Counted from the stretch's first letter, positions 9,556 to 20,167 are shown. The stretch: DNA of 64,000 nucleotides from an uncultured bacterium (GCA_943788175.1 CALSPG010000001.1:351775-415774), one strand, 5' to 3'. Translations and numbers: made by a program. Notes: generated from the letters alone by a model not told the origin.

Positions 9556-10630
9556 TTATTTCACTCGACTAAGCGCATAATTAATCTTCGGTATGCAATA
9601 GGGGTCCATAATTAAAGCTGTGGCTAGACCGTATAGTGATGCTCCTGCATCTCTCACTGCATTCAAATGATGTATTGTCGATATACCACCTGTTGCCATA
9701 ATCTTTAAATTCATATCGTTAAATAAATTGACCAGCTCCAAAGTTCTCGGGAAAATTGCAACACCGCTTAATCCCCCGCCACCGCGAGGAAGGCTACCAT
9801 TTTTAAAGCCTAAATATTTGATTGTTTTAAATTGCGTATTGCCGGCATTTATTATCATTCTTTCTTTCGACTTAATGACCTCCCCGATTTTTTTGAGGTG
9901 ATCATTGTTCCAATCAGGAGATATTTTTACCGAAACCACAGAATCATTTTTCGCTCTAATATGATTAATCAAAGTTTCTAATTCGTCAATATTCTCACCA
10001 ATAGTGCTGCCAGTATCTGTATTTGGACAACTAATGTTCAATTCAAAAAAATATTCACTAGATTTTAATTTATTCGATAATTTTTCCAACACATTAAATG
10101 TTTGTATATAATCATCAAGGTTCTCACCACCAATTGAGAGACCAATCGGCTTACTATGGTTCCACAAAGAATTGTCAAAAATTTCCTTAGAAAATTTTTC
10201 AACACCTTCCCCAGGAAGACCTAAAGCATTAACTAAACAAGCTTGTCTTTCAAGCCTAACTTGCTGTAATCGCGGTCTCGAATTTCCTAGTCTCTCTTCT
10301 TTCATAATAGTTTTTAGTATTGCGCCACCTAATCCAAGCCTTAGCCAAATACCAATCAAATTTTTATCAGATTTAAATGAAGAGGCTATAATAGGCGACT
10401 TAAATTTCAGATCAAATACTTCAACATCTAAATTGTCTGGTATTGCAAATTGATAAGCTAGACCACCAATAAACTTATCGATTTTAACAAGGTTCCTATC
10501 TCCAAACTCAACTATAGATTCAAGATCTTGTTTCTTATTAAAGAGTAAATTGATAAAGAGAAGTAATTATTCTTGCTAAAAATCGAGTAGATCTATAAAA
10601 AAAAGAAAAAAGGTGTTTTCTTATTAGCAC
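9556..10630 (-). CDS. pyrD: Divergent dihydroorotate dehydrogenase (PyrD-like); N-terminus frameshifted, start approximate
   Basis: NALGLPGEG, ELNISCPNT, VKISPD, GGLSG, ATGGI motifs; the frame extends upstream of 10359 (LDVEVFDLKFKSPIIASSFKSD). Confidence 0.7.
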
Positions 10631-10636
10631 AACTAA

Positions 10637-12373
10637 TTAATTAACTATGCCTGTACTATCATTATTCGAGCTAGATATCATATTTTCAATAATTTTCGCT
10701 CTATACTTTGCAAAGTTATTTTGCTCTGAGGAGGGGTGCCGTTTACCAAGCCAGTTATAATATTTAAATGCGCTGTCGAGTTCTGCATATTTATAATCAT
10801 ATTGATAACCTAAAAAATAGGCAGCTGAAGCAGATAGTTCGCTTAAAGAATCTGCAAAAATAACCTCTTTGAAGACACCTAGCGATGAAACTGGGTTCCT
10901 AGACCATAATTTTTCTGCTTTAAAAAATAATTTTTCTATTGGTCGAGAAAGAGAGTTTTTATTCGCTTTTTTAAATAAGTATGAAGTATAGTCAGAACTA
11001 GCATGGTTAGTCTGTAACAAGGTCTTGTATTTATCAACCATCAATGAATCTTCATTGTTTTCATAAATCATAGCTAACGTAAAAATTGATTTTGGAACAA
11101 AAGGAGAAGAAGAATTCAATTCAATAATTTTTTCAAAATACACAATCCCTGAATCAATTCTATCAAAACTGAAAGCTTCAATATCGCCTAATAAATAAAG
11201 CAACTCTTCAATTGATTTTGAGGGGTTAGGTTTTTCATGGCTGATTGAATCTGCTACTAACGAATCATTAATGGATGAATCTGGTACAGCTTGGTATTTA
11301 TTTAGCTGACTTATTGCATCTGTATACTTTTCAATCGCATTAATCTTGGTGTCGCAAAATGGTCCAAACTCTGTTCTTCCAAATTCTTTTTTTACCATAG
11401 AGAACTTCTCTTTAGCTATTATAGGATTCCATTTTTCAGCCAAGTAAATCTGGCCCGTTATATAATATGCTTCTGCAGAAGTCTGCGTTCTTGGATAATC
11501 ATTAATGATTGATTCTAAACGAACAATCGCATTGTCTGTGTCTTCTTGACTAAGGTATAATTTGACAAGTTCTAACTCAAGGTCACCCTTAATATTTTTA
11601 AATTTATCATCAACCAGCATGGATTTGATTTTTCTTTCTACCAATCTATGATCACCTAAAAGTCTAGATATTTTTAAAATTTGTATATGTGCATTTTCAA
11701 TTTTTTCTTTTGTTAATGAATTTTTAATTACTTCTTTATAAGCACTCTCTGCAACATCATATTTTTCATTATTAAAGGCAATATCCGCAAGTTGATTGTA
11801 AACAATCCCTTTTTTTGCTCTGTCTTTGATAACCTTGGCACCTTCTTCTAAATGGAATAAAAAATTACTATTTTGATCCTCAGTTAGATAAATATCCGCT
11901 AAGGATAGATGGCTTTGGGCAATGATCTTATTTTTATTGGAGGATTTGATAATATTTTGAAGTTCTTCAATCGCTGTTTGCGTTTTTCCTTTTTTCCATT
12001 TACAAACGGCAGACCAGTATTTAGCTTCAGCTACTTGTTCTACGTTACCCTGGTTATAGATTATCTTAAGATTTGAAATTGCATTATCATATTCAGATCT
12101 GTAAAACTGAGCTTTAGCCATTAAAAGAATGGCGTCATTTACATATTTTGATTCAGGGAAATCTGACAGAACAATCTTACACTTCTGAATTGTTTTCCCA
12201 TAATTATCCATTGCTCTAAGCGGAACGGCTTTATCTGATTTCTCGAGGCGAATACGATCGGCTTCATTGAAATATTTTTCTGCATTATAGAAAGTATTGA
12301 AATAAGCGCAAGAGGATAGCAATAAACTAACCGCTATAGGAATTAAGCGAGGTATTGTCCAAATTCTGTGCAT
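10637..12373 (-). CDS. TPR-repeat lipoprotein, PorW/SprE (T9SS)-like
   Basis: Lipobox LSSC followed by AYFNTFYNA; P.SKYVNDA.LL and many TPR motifs. Confidence 0.7.
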   Translation of the reverse strand: MHRIWTIPRLIPIAVSLLLSSCAYFNTFYNAEKYFNEADRIRLEKSDKAVPLRAMDNYGKTIQKCKIVLSDFPESKYVNDAILLMAKAQFYRSEYDNAISNLKIIYNQGNVEQVAEAKYWSAVCKWKKGKTQTAIEELQNIIKSSNKNKIIAQSHLSLADIYLTEDQNSNFLFHLEEGAKVIKDRAKKGIVYNQLADIAFNNEKYDVAESAYKEVIKNSLTKEKIENAHIQILKISRLLGDHRLVERKIKSMLVDDKFKNIKGDLELELVKLYLSQEDTDNAIVRLESIINDYPRTQTSAEAYYITGQIYLAEKWNPIIAKEKFSMVKKEFGRTEFGPFCDTKINAIEKYTDAISQLNKYQAVPDSSINDSLVADSISHEKPNPSKSIEELLYLLGDIEAFSFDRIDSGIVYFEKIIELNSSSPFVPKSIFTLAMIYENNEDSLMVDKYKTLLQTNHASSDYTSYLFKKANKNSLSRPIEKLFFKAEKLWSRNPVSSLGVFKEVIFADSLSELSASAAYFLGYQYDYKYAELDSAFKYYNWLGKRHPSSEQNNFAKYRAKIIENMISSSNNDSTGIVN

Positions 12374-12432
12374 AAATTGAAATTAAATTTACTTATATGA
12401 TTAAAGTTAATGTTGAAAATATTTTACTCTAA

Positions 12433-12858
12433 ATGTTAAAGTTAAAAAGTTACCTATTTGTATGTTTTATTATCTGCTCTAATCTATTTAGCCAAAAAAG
12501 TCGCGACATGGAAAAATTTGGCTTTATTGATTTGCGAACAGATAGCATGAGTGTACCATTTTATATTGATGGGATTTTTGTAGGCAAGAATCCTCTCAAA
12601 AACCCAATTCCTGTACTCCCGGGTTTTCACCTAGTTAGTTACCTGCCACCAGAATTGACAAAAAAATACATCGAAGAAGACCTTTCTGATGCTTACAAAA
12701 GAGTCTATGTTTCACCAAATGATACATTAGAAGTATTTTTATTCTATGATCATTACGTTAGAGAAACCAAAACCTTAGATGCTCAATTCATGGTAAAGAG
12801 ACTAACGGCGGTTAGTTTGATTTTAATGGCAGTTTTTTTGATTTTTCAAATAAGCTAA
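12433..12858 (+). CDS. PEGA-like domain protein with signal peptide and C-terminal TM helix
   Basis: FYIDGIFVGKNPL...PV.PG.H PEGA-like motif. Confidence 0.6.
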   Translation: MLKLKSYLFVCFIICSNLFSQKSRDMEKFGFIDLRTDSMSVPFYIDGIFVGKNPLKNPIPVLPGFHLVSYLPPELTKKYIEEDLSDAYKRVYVSPNDTLEVFLFYDHYVRETKTLDAQFMVKRLTAVSLILMAVFLIFQIS

Positions 12859-12902
12859 ATTTTTTATTCTAAGCATTAATTTATCATTGTAATTTTAACT
12901 AT

Positions 12903-13115
12903 ATGAAACATCACACTTTTGAAGATGGCCTGAAATATAGGCATGATTACAAATGGCCAGAGCCAGGAGCAAAAAAAGATTGTCCCAAATGTAATAATTC
13001 TCTCGAGCTTGTAGAAAACAGTCCCTCGTACTACGGCAAGCCGTGGTGGTGCTATAAGTGCAAATGGCAGTTTTCAGAAGAAGATTTCCAAGAAATGAAA
13101 TCAGAAGAAGAGTAA
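12903..13115 (+). CDS. Small zinc-ribbon protein
   Basis: CPKC...WWCYKC cysteine pairs in 70 aa. Confidence 0.65.
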   Translation: MKHHTFEDGLKYRHDYKWPEPGAKKDCPKCNNSLELVENSPSYYGKPWWCYKCKWQFSEEDFQEMKSEEE

Positions 13116-13120
13116 AACGA

Positions 13121-13506
13121 CTACGCGAAGCTCACTGCTGGTAAATCAGCGCTAATCGAATCAATAACCCACCTAGCTACAACAGCATCATCTAGATATC
13201 CTATTTCTGGTACGATATCTGGGATGTCATCATCGGATTCACAAAAGTAAGAAATAGCAAAAATAATTCTTTTTTTTATCGATTCTGTTAAATCTGGGTA
13301 TGTTTGATAAATACTCAAAAGGACTGAAACATTTTTAATAAGATCTGTTTCGACAATATTTAAATTTTTAGAAGATACAAGGTCATCAAGTTTTAATTAA
13401 GTGACTGTATTACTTCGGAAGATTTATTTAAATCAATTTTATCAATCAATGTAAGATAATGCGCTTTATCTTCTTCGGTTAATTGAAATATTTTAGATAT
13501 ATTCAT
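13121..13506 (-). CDS. YkvA/DUF1232-family protein (frameshifted)
   Basis: FAISYF....DDIPDIVPEIGYLDDAVV signature; upstream ATG at 13506 (MNISKIFQLTEEDK) not connected by an open frame. Confidence 0.75.
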
Positions 13507-13541
13507 TATCTAAATTTTAACAAATAAAATAAAATATACTA

Positions 13542-13813
13542 ATGGATATTGGCGATAAAATCAAACGACTTTAGAATCTTCTTTAAACATTGATCATTTT
13601 GAAATAAAGGACTTTACTGGTAGACATCTAAATCATGAACAACATGATGGTGGCTTTCACCTAGAAGCTGTAATCGTTTCCAGCGATTTCAATAATAAAT
13701 CTTTAATAGATAGACATAAAATGGTATATGCCTCACTTGGAGAACTCATGAAACATGAAATTCATGCTTTCAGCATGAAAACGTTTACCAATGATGAATG
13801 GGAAAAAAACTAA
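13542..13813 (+). CDS. bolA: BolA-family protein (missed by the ORF track; 1-nt frameshift near 13563)
   Basis: Manual translation: GGFHLEAVIVSSDFNNKSLIDRHKMVYASLGELMKHEIHAFSMKTFTNDEW, the BolA signature. Confidence 0.9.
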
Positions 13814-13817
13814 GACC

Positions 13818-14243
13818 ATGGGTATTTTTAGCTCTAGCAGGAAAGAAGAAATAAATCAGCCTGAGGAAATGTCACCTCTCGAATCGGTGACTCATCTTTT
13901 TGCTGCAATACAAATTGCTGATCAACAAGCTAGTTATGAAGAAAAAGAGTCTTGGATAAATGCTATATCAAAATTATTCCCAGAAAATTCTTCTGAAAGG
14001 TCAGAGAAATATTATTCTCAAGCACACAAAGTTCTATCGTTGCAAAACAATGAACAAAGGCTAGCATATATTCTATCTACCCTAGAAAGGATTAAAGCAC
14101 TCTTATCTAAGGATCAAATAGATTCAATTGGGCCCATGATTGCAGATATTGTAGAAGCCGATGGTATCGTAATGACTTCTGAAATGGATATTGTTTCTCT
14201 CGCTGAGAAAGCACTTGATATAAAGATTGAAATCGAAGAGTAA
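13818..14243 (+). CDS. TerB-like tellurite resistance family protein
   Basis: IADQQASYEEK and IVEADGIVMTSE duplicated TerB motifs; ATG at 13818 follows the bolA stop. Confidence 0.7.
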   Translation: MGIFSSSRKEEINQPEEMSPLESVTHLFAAIQIADQQASYEEKESWINAISKLFPENSSERSEKYYSQAHKVLSLQNNEQRLAYILSTLERIKALLSKDQIDSIGPMIADIVEADGIVMTSEMDIVSLAEKALDIKIEIEE

Positions 14244-14251
14244 CGACTTAT

Positions 14252-14758
14252 TCAACTTCCATAATCAATTACTTTTTGCTTTGCAAGAGCGATTATATTC
14301 TCTCTAGTTTTTTTTATCAAATCTTTTTTGCTTTTATAGTGCCTATCAATCTCATCTTTACTGACTTTTTTCCTCTTTGGCAATTTTTGCAAATCTTTTA
14401 TAAGTAAACGAACTATTTGATTATGCTTTTTGTTTTTTATTTCCGGAATTAATTTTTTGGCAAGATTGTATTTACCAGTATAAATGTAAGACCAAACTAA
14501 GGGCTTATAATGAACTGTTTTTTTTCTTGTAAGCTCGCTGCATCTATTAAAAAACTTTATCGCTATTTTCCATTGATTAGTATTGAAAAAAAACAGGCCT
14601 GTATTATAATTTTGTTTGAAGTTTCCCTCTTCAAAAACTGACTGAGGGTCTCCCTCAAAAATGTATTTTTGTCCAAAAATTGGATTTGAAAAAAGTAATA
14701 TTACAGCACAAAGAGCTATCTGTTTATATTTCATTCTAAATAGCGTTATGACCAACAT
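14252..14758 (-). CDS. Secreted TPR-like hypothetical protein
   Basis: Signal peptide; YNTGLFFF...QWKIAIKFF TPR-like helix pair. Confidence 0.55.
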   Translation of the reverse strand: MLVITLFRMKYKQIALCAVILLFSNPIFGQKYIFEGDPQSVFEEGNFKQNYNTGLFFFNTNQWKIAIKFFNRCSELTRKKTVHYKPLVWSYIYTGKYNLAKKLIPEIKNKKHNQIVRLLIKDLQKLPKRKKVSKDEIDRHYKSKKDLIKKTRENIIALAKQKVIDYGS

Positions 14759-15704
14759 ATGAATTTACAATCTTTTTAAAAACGCCAAGACATTGTCTAA
14801 TATTATTGCGTTCAGTACTAGAACGATCTATAATATTAATTTTCGAAATCCAAGTTTGACTGTTTTTGTCGAAAAAAATTGGTGGTGTCTTTCTTTTCCC
14901 AAATAATAGTTCCAGGTGCCTGTTTAATTGATTTACTCTACTACCAATAGCCATTTTCTCGTTTTCTAAACCGAAAAACCTGATTTCTTTTTTTCTTGAG
15001 AAGAGGAACAAGGTTATCAAAAGGGTGTTAGGTGTTTCCTCATTCTCTTTATCCGCGAAACCATAATCCCTAGCTTCCTGAACTGACTTTCTAACTCCTC
15101 CTAGGATTACTCTCATTCGAGGGATAGATGATTTTTCAGATGGCAAAATTTCTATACTAATATCTCCCCAATCATGATTCATACTCGTTGACATTTCCTT
15201 AAGCCAAAGTTTTGCATATTGTTTTTCATCAAAAGGTACTAACTCAGAAAAGTCATTTAGAGATTCTACTGATAAAAAATTTATTAATTCTATATCACTA
15301 GACAAATGGTTAGTCCATTTTCTAACTTTATTTAGAAATAATATTTGCCTATCAAAAGCGGAGAAAGCCCAAACAAAAACAGATTGTACCATAATCAATA
15401 CTGTGATAATAACTAAATTAAAAACTCCATTAATTAAGCCAAAAAATGTTGTTACTAAAATAAATAATATTTGAAATATTATAATCGCAAAATGGAGTCG
15501 AAAATCAATGTATTGAGATTTAATACCATCATTGATAAATCGATGAAAATAAGAAAAATCATTTAAAACCATCATACCTTCTTTATTAATTTTCTCAAGG
15601 CACTCTTCAAGCTTTATAAATAAATCATTGTCGTTATATTTACTGCTAGATTCAATTAATATAAGCCGCTTTATTATATCATAATTCATAACATCATTGA
15701 CCAA
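14736..15704 (-). CDS. Hypothetical membrane protein (2 TM) with possible C-terminal winged-helix domain
   Basis: 322 aa ORF overlapping both neighbours; TM hairpin at about aa 70-115. Confidence 0.6.
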   Translation of the reverse strand: MVNDVMNYDIIKRLILIESSSKYNDNDLFIKLEECLEKINKEGMMVLNDFSYFHRFINDGIKSQYIDFRLHFAIIIFQILFILVTTFFGLINGVFNLVIITVLIMVQSVFVWAFSAFDRQILFLNKVRKWTNHLSSDIELINFLSVESLNDFSELVPFDEKQYAKLWLKEMSTSMNHDWGDISIEILPSEKSSIPRMRVILGGVRKSVQEARDYGFADKENEETPNTLLITLFLFSRKKEIRFFGLENEKMAIGSRVNQLNRHLELLFGKRKTPPIFFDKNSQTWISKINIIDRSSTERNNIRQCLGVFKKIVNSYVGHNAI

Positions 15705-16212
15705 ACCGTGGTTGCTTTAAATAAAATTTATAACGGCTTAATGATCGCAGCGTGTCTAATGATTTTCTATGAGAACTCAATGCATAGAGTAAAGAATCAA
15801 GTTCATGTTTGATAATTAGCTTTTCTAGTTCAATATTTAAGTTAGGTTCTCTTGTGTTAGTGGAATCTAATCTCAGACCTTTCTCTTGATTTACTTTTTT
15901 TAACATTTCACTGTAACCAAACTCAAATTTTATATCTTCAAGTCTTTGAATTAAAACAGAATCCATACTTTCATATTTTTTTTCGATTAAAATTAAAGAG
16001 TCCAAAGACCATTCTTTATAGGCTATTAATTCTAATGTCGAGATGATGGATTTTTTAATTTTATTAGATTTTTTGTTTTTTATTAATACTTCATCATATT
16101 TATTGACAACTTTTTTGGGTGGTAGATATTCTCTTTCAGGTCCAAAAATAAAAAGCATAACGACACCAATAGCTATCAGTAGCGCTAGAAATTGAGATAA
16201 GTTAAGTTTCAT
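15694..16212 (-). CDS. Hypothetical protein with N-terminal membrane anchor
   Basis: 172 aa, hydrophobic N-terminus, helical body. Confidence 0.6.
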   Translation of the reverse strand: MKLNLSQFLALLIAIGVVMLFIFGPEREYLPPKKVVNKYDEVLIKNKKSNKIKKSIISTLELIAYKEWSLDSLILIEKKYESMDSVLIQRLEDIKFEFGYSEMLKKVNQEKGLRLDSTNTREPNLNIELEKLIIKHELDSLLYALSSHRKSLDTLRSLSRYKFYLKQPRFGQ

Positions 16213-16245
16213 TTATTTATTAATTGTTAAGTTTTGTATTCAAGT

Positions 16246-16368
16246 ATGAGCCAAAAACTTATTATAATATTAGTTATTTTATCATCTATTGCATTGTGGT
16301 GGTTTAACATCTTCCCAGTCTTATTACTGATACTACCAATAATGTATATAAAAAGCCTCAAAGACTAA
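16246..16368 (+). CDS. Putative 40-aa hydrophobic small protein
   Basis: ATG..TAA frame MSQKLIIILVILSSIALWWFNIFPVLLLILPIMYIKSLKD fills most of the intergenic gap. Confidence 0.4.
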   Translation: MSQKLIIILVILSSIALWWFNIFPVLLLILPIMYIKSLKD

Positions 16369-16372
16369 AATA

Positions 16373-18952
16373 TTAATAGACTTCATACTGATACATCCAG
16401 TGCCAAGGGCTAAAATCCGTTCGTACAGTATCTTGAATAAAGCTTTTTAGACGTATTGCTTCTAAATCTATAGTTTGTTCGCCTACATTTGTTTTTAAGG
16501 TTAATTTAGCTTCATTTTCACCTATTTTAAGTTTTGAACGATCTATTAAAATTTTTACAGATGTTGCTGACTGTACAATACCCTCATTTGGGACTGCTTT
16601 TATCCATTTCACAGCTGGGTCAATTGACCAGGTCAGCGTTCCTCCACCAAAGTTTCTAATGTTAAAAGTTTGTGTTGCCTTTGTAGAATCAAAAGATAAA
16701 TATTTTGTATCAATATATAAGGATGGCTTGGCAACAATTAACTCGACTGGAATCACTTTTGAACCTGCGTTCGATTGAATATTAATATTTCCATAATATT
16801 TCCCTGTTTTTAAACCTGACCTTTTAACTTTTACAGCACAATTAGATTTTTTCTTTGTAGAGCCTTTTCTTTTATCGAAATACAACCAATTTTCATTAGC
16901 TGATAAAGACCACATTAATAAACCACCACCATTATTAATTATCGAAAACTCTAACATGTTTTTCTCTGTAATAAAATTTAAAGTCTTTGTTGAGACTTGA
17001 ATCAAAGGTGTTTTATTGACGATTACTTTGCATGGTCCTGAAACATTTGAATTCTCTTTATTAAATGAATCTTCAACTTTAATTAAAAATTTATCACCCA
17101 CAATAAGGTTGTTCCACCAATCATACTTACCTTTATTAGGTACATGCTCTTCAATTAGACTCCAATTGGCACCACCATCAACACTAACATGTAAATTAAC
17201 TAAAGGAACCCAATCATTTGTATTCCAAGTTATTTCTACATTTTTAACTTCTTGGTATGCAAGACCTTTGGTAGGTGAATTTATTTTTAGTTCAGTATTT
17301 TTAGATAAGTTCGAAAGTCCAGTTTCTATTAAATTTGTAATTTGATTTTTAATTGCTAAATCTGATTTACCATGTTGGTTAATTAATCGATTTTCATTTT
17401 TTGAAGAAGACCAATAATTGTTATTTAAAGAAACATCATCATTATTTGAATAGCTAGAAATTTCTTCGCCACCGTGATAAAAACGAAGTTGAAAATTTTC
17501 TACAGCAGGTTTTACAACCAACACGCTATCATCTGATGGCAGATAGGTAGATTTAAAGTAATGTTTCAAATAATAGTCATTTGAAGAAACAAGATTCATT
17601 TTTTTTATAGACCAATCTACATATTGCTCAGTACTATCTAATAGCCCAGTGTGCTTTCTATACTTCAACCAACTATTCGAATTCTTCCCTGCTAGAGAAT
17701 TCCAACCGCATTGAAAGGGAGCGTTTAAATACGTTAAAGTCTGCTCCCTGGAGTTTTGCACTTCAAATACTGGAGACCAAACGCTTTTACCTGTACAAGG
17801 CTGCCAACTAAATTCATTTCCACCATCATTTGAATTATAATCAAAACTTATCCAACCAATTCTACCAAAAGGTACTTCTCTTTTGATTTTTCGTTCAAAA
17901 TTATTTACCCATCCACTACCGCTATATTCAATATCTGACCAATTTGACCATATATTATTATATCTAAAATTATCAAGAACAGTCGTTTTATAATTATCAA
18001 TAAAATTACTATTAGATATCTCTATAAAAGGACGCGAACTTTTTGTCCAAGAGTTAAGATGTCCATTCTCGCTCCAATCGGTTAACTCAAGACCATAACC
18101 GCCATTTGTTTGTATCGTGCAATACTCCATATTTACCTTACTACCACCACCAACCAAAATTCCATTTGAACGATTATTAATAATGTCAGCATAAGTAATA
18201 ATACTTATACCTGGTGAAAGGACAAGTCCATGTCTGTTTTGACTTATATATATATTTGATGCTGTCAAATGTCCATAGTTAACAATGCCATTATCTAAAT
18301 TCCGATGAACTTTCATATTGTTAATTGTTACCATACCATAGGTATTATTTACTAGTCCAACACCTCCCCCTCTATTTATGTCTACCCAATCAAGATTTAT
18401 ATTACCTTTTTCAATTAAGAGAGAGACATTTTCGCATTGACTAATAGTGACATTTTCAATTTCAATTAAGTCGTTATTTTTGCTTTCAATATAAATGCCA
18501 TTATTATTGCAAAATTGAATTTTAGTATTGGAAACTTTAATTGGGGATTTAATTTCTAAGCCTTTTTCAGCGTTTGATATTTTCAAAAAGTTAATATTGC
18601 TCTTGGAATGAGAGGATTCAAATTTTATTCCATCCCAATATTTTTTTTCACTTAAAGTGCCGCGCGGCCCAATGTAAACGAGATCATCAGCACTTCCTAA
18701 AATATTAAGAGCACCTAAAACTAAAATTTGAATGCGAGTTGTATCTTCATTATTAGGAACTTTATTTTGCACATATATACTAACGCCAGCATTTATTGTT
18801 AGGACTGAATTTGGTTGAACAATGACATTTTCACTCAGCGTTCTATTGCGAGTCCAAGTAGTATTTTTTTTTATTATAATATCAGCATAGGAAATATCAT
18901 TTACAGCAATGATCCAAAATAAATGAATAAGTATCTTATATCTAAATGCCAT
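16373..18952 (-). CDS. Secreted right-handed beta-helix protein with Ser/Thr-rich Ig-like and two BACON-like domains
   Basis: V.PNSVLTINAG/WDGIKF start, NxxxGl beta-helix repeats, SVDGGANW, two N.GGG.L.W.....WL BACON-like repeats. Confidence 0.75.
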   Translation of the reverse strand: MAFRYKILIHLFWIIAVNDISYADIIIKKNTTWTRNRTLSENVIVQPNSVLTINAGVSIYVQNKVPNNEDTTRIQILVLGALNILGSADDLVYIGPRGTLSEKKYWDGIKFESSHSKSNINFLKISNAEKGLEIKSPIKVSNTKIQFCNNNGIYIESKNNDLIEIENVTISQCENVSLLIEKGNINLDWVDINRGGGVGLVNNTYGMVTINNMKVHRNLDNGIVNYGHLTASNIYISQNRHGLVLSPGISIITYADIINNRSNGILVGGGSKVNMEYCTIQTNGGYGLELTDWSENGHLNSWTKSSRPFIEISNSNFIDNYKTTVLDNFRYNNIWSNWSDIEYSGSGWVNNFERKIKREVPFGRIGWISFDYNSNDGGNEFSWQPCTGKSVWSPVFEVQNSREQTLTYLNAPFQCGWNSLAGKNSNSWLKYRKHTGLLDSTEQYVDWSIKKMNLVSSNDYYLKHYFKSTYLPSDDSVLVVKPAVENFQLRFYHGGEEISSYSNNDDVSLNNNYWSSSKNENRLINQHGKSDLAIKNQITNLIETGLSNLSKNTELKINSPTKGLAYQEVKNVEITWNTNDWVPLVNLHVSVDGGANWSLIEEHVPNKGKYDWWNNLIVGDKFLIKVEDSFNKENSNVSGPCKVIVNKTPLIQVSTKTLNFITEKNMLEFSIINNGGGLLMWSLSANENWLYFDKRKGSTKKKSNCAVKVKRSGLKTGKYYGNINIQSNAGSKVIPVELIVAKPSLYIDTKYLSFDSTKATQTFNIRNFGGGTLTWSIDPAVKWIKAVPNEGIVQSATSVKILIDRSKLKIGENEAKLTLKTNVGEQTIDLEAIRLKSFIQDTVRTDFSPWHWMYQYEVY

Positions 18953-19007
18953 AGTAACTAAAATTTAAAAATAATGAAACAATAAGACCTCGAATTTTAT
19001 AAATTAT

Positions 19008-19455
19008 TTAAATGGCTATTTTAACTTTGCCAACAAGCCTATCATTATATTCTTCCGCCAAATCATATGCTTCTTGATAAGAGAGCTTGACTTCTTTTTG
19101 TTTAATTACCCGTTTAAGAATATTTGAGACAAGATACCCATAAAGAGAATATTCTACCATTTTTTTATTGTCTGCTGCTAGGCTCATAATACCTAGGCTA
19201 GAATTTCCGCACATATAACAACTCAATTTAAAACGTCTATTCATAAAATTTTTTTCATACATTAATGATTCTTCCATTTTTTCTTGATCATTAAGAATTC
19301 TAAAAAAATGAGATTTTGGTATTTCAACTCCAGATCTAATGGCTTTCCAACTGGATTTATGTTTAACAACTTTGATTTGTTTTGAACTCGTCTGAGCATT
19401 ACCGAGATTAGATACTAAGATAAAAAATGAACAGAAAATATTTATTTATCGACAT
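19008..19455 (-). CDS. Hypothetical protein (frameshifted; ORF track shows only the 3' part)
   Basis: The frame extends upstream of 19277 towards a signal-peptide-like start at 19455. Confidence 0.45.
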
Positions 19456-19573
19456 TTATAAATTTGAATTATTTGTAAACAGAAAAATTTATTTTATTTA
19501 TATTTTATTAAAAACCAGATTAAAACTTAAAATAGTATTTATTATAAATGGCATATCATAATTAATTTTTATT

Positions 19574-20167
19574 GTGTCATTTCATGAAAATAATCCTAAA
19601 AAAATCTTTTCAGATGAATGGAAAGAACTTCAGATTGCTGTAAAAGATGCGAGCCATGATTATCATCTCATGACTTTATCCACATCTACAAACAATAAGC
19701 CAGAATCAAGAACGGTAGTGTTGAGGCATGCAGACCAAGAAAATTATTTATTATGCTTTCATACTGATACGAGAAGCCCAAAATATGATCAGTTAAAAAA
19801 CAATCCAGATGTATCAATTCTATTTTACAGCGTAAATAAAAGGACACAATTGAGAATTATAGGCCAAGCTAGTCATTGCGAAGACGACGAGCTATTAGAA
19901 TCAAAGTGGATGGGTATGAATAAAAACAGTAGGGAGTGTTACTTAGGTGAAATTGCGCCTAGTGAAAAAATACCAAATGGTAAAATAATTAATGAAGTTA
20001 TCAATAAAGGTCAGGATACAAATAAATTTTTGGGTTTGGAAAATTTTACCAGGATAGATATTAAAATTTCCTCTATTGAAATTCTACGGCTCCACCATTT
20101 GGGTCACAAGAGGTTGTTTTGTAATTTAGAAAAAAACCCAATTGACTACCAGTGGTTAGCTTCATGA
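19574..20167 (+). CDS. Pyridoxamine 5'-phosphate oxidase-family FMN-binding protein
   Basis: PESRTVVLR, FHTDTRSPK, QLRIIG motifs. Confidence 0.85.
   Translation: MSFHENNPKKIFSDEWKELQIAVKDASHDYHLMTLSTSTNNKPESRTVVLRHADQENYLLCFHTDTRSPKYDQLKNNPDVSILFYSVNKRTQLRIIGQASHCEDDELLESKWMGMNKNSRECYLGEIAPSEKIPNGKIINEVINKGQDTNKFLGLENFTRIDIKISSIEILRLHHLGHKRLFCNLEKNPIDYQWLAS

Noticed and set aside
13818-14243. Tellurite-resistance or ter stress operon
   Set aside because: Only a lone TerB-like gene is present, with no other ter genes nearby.
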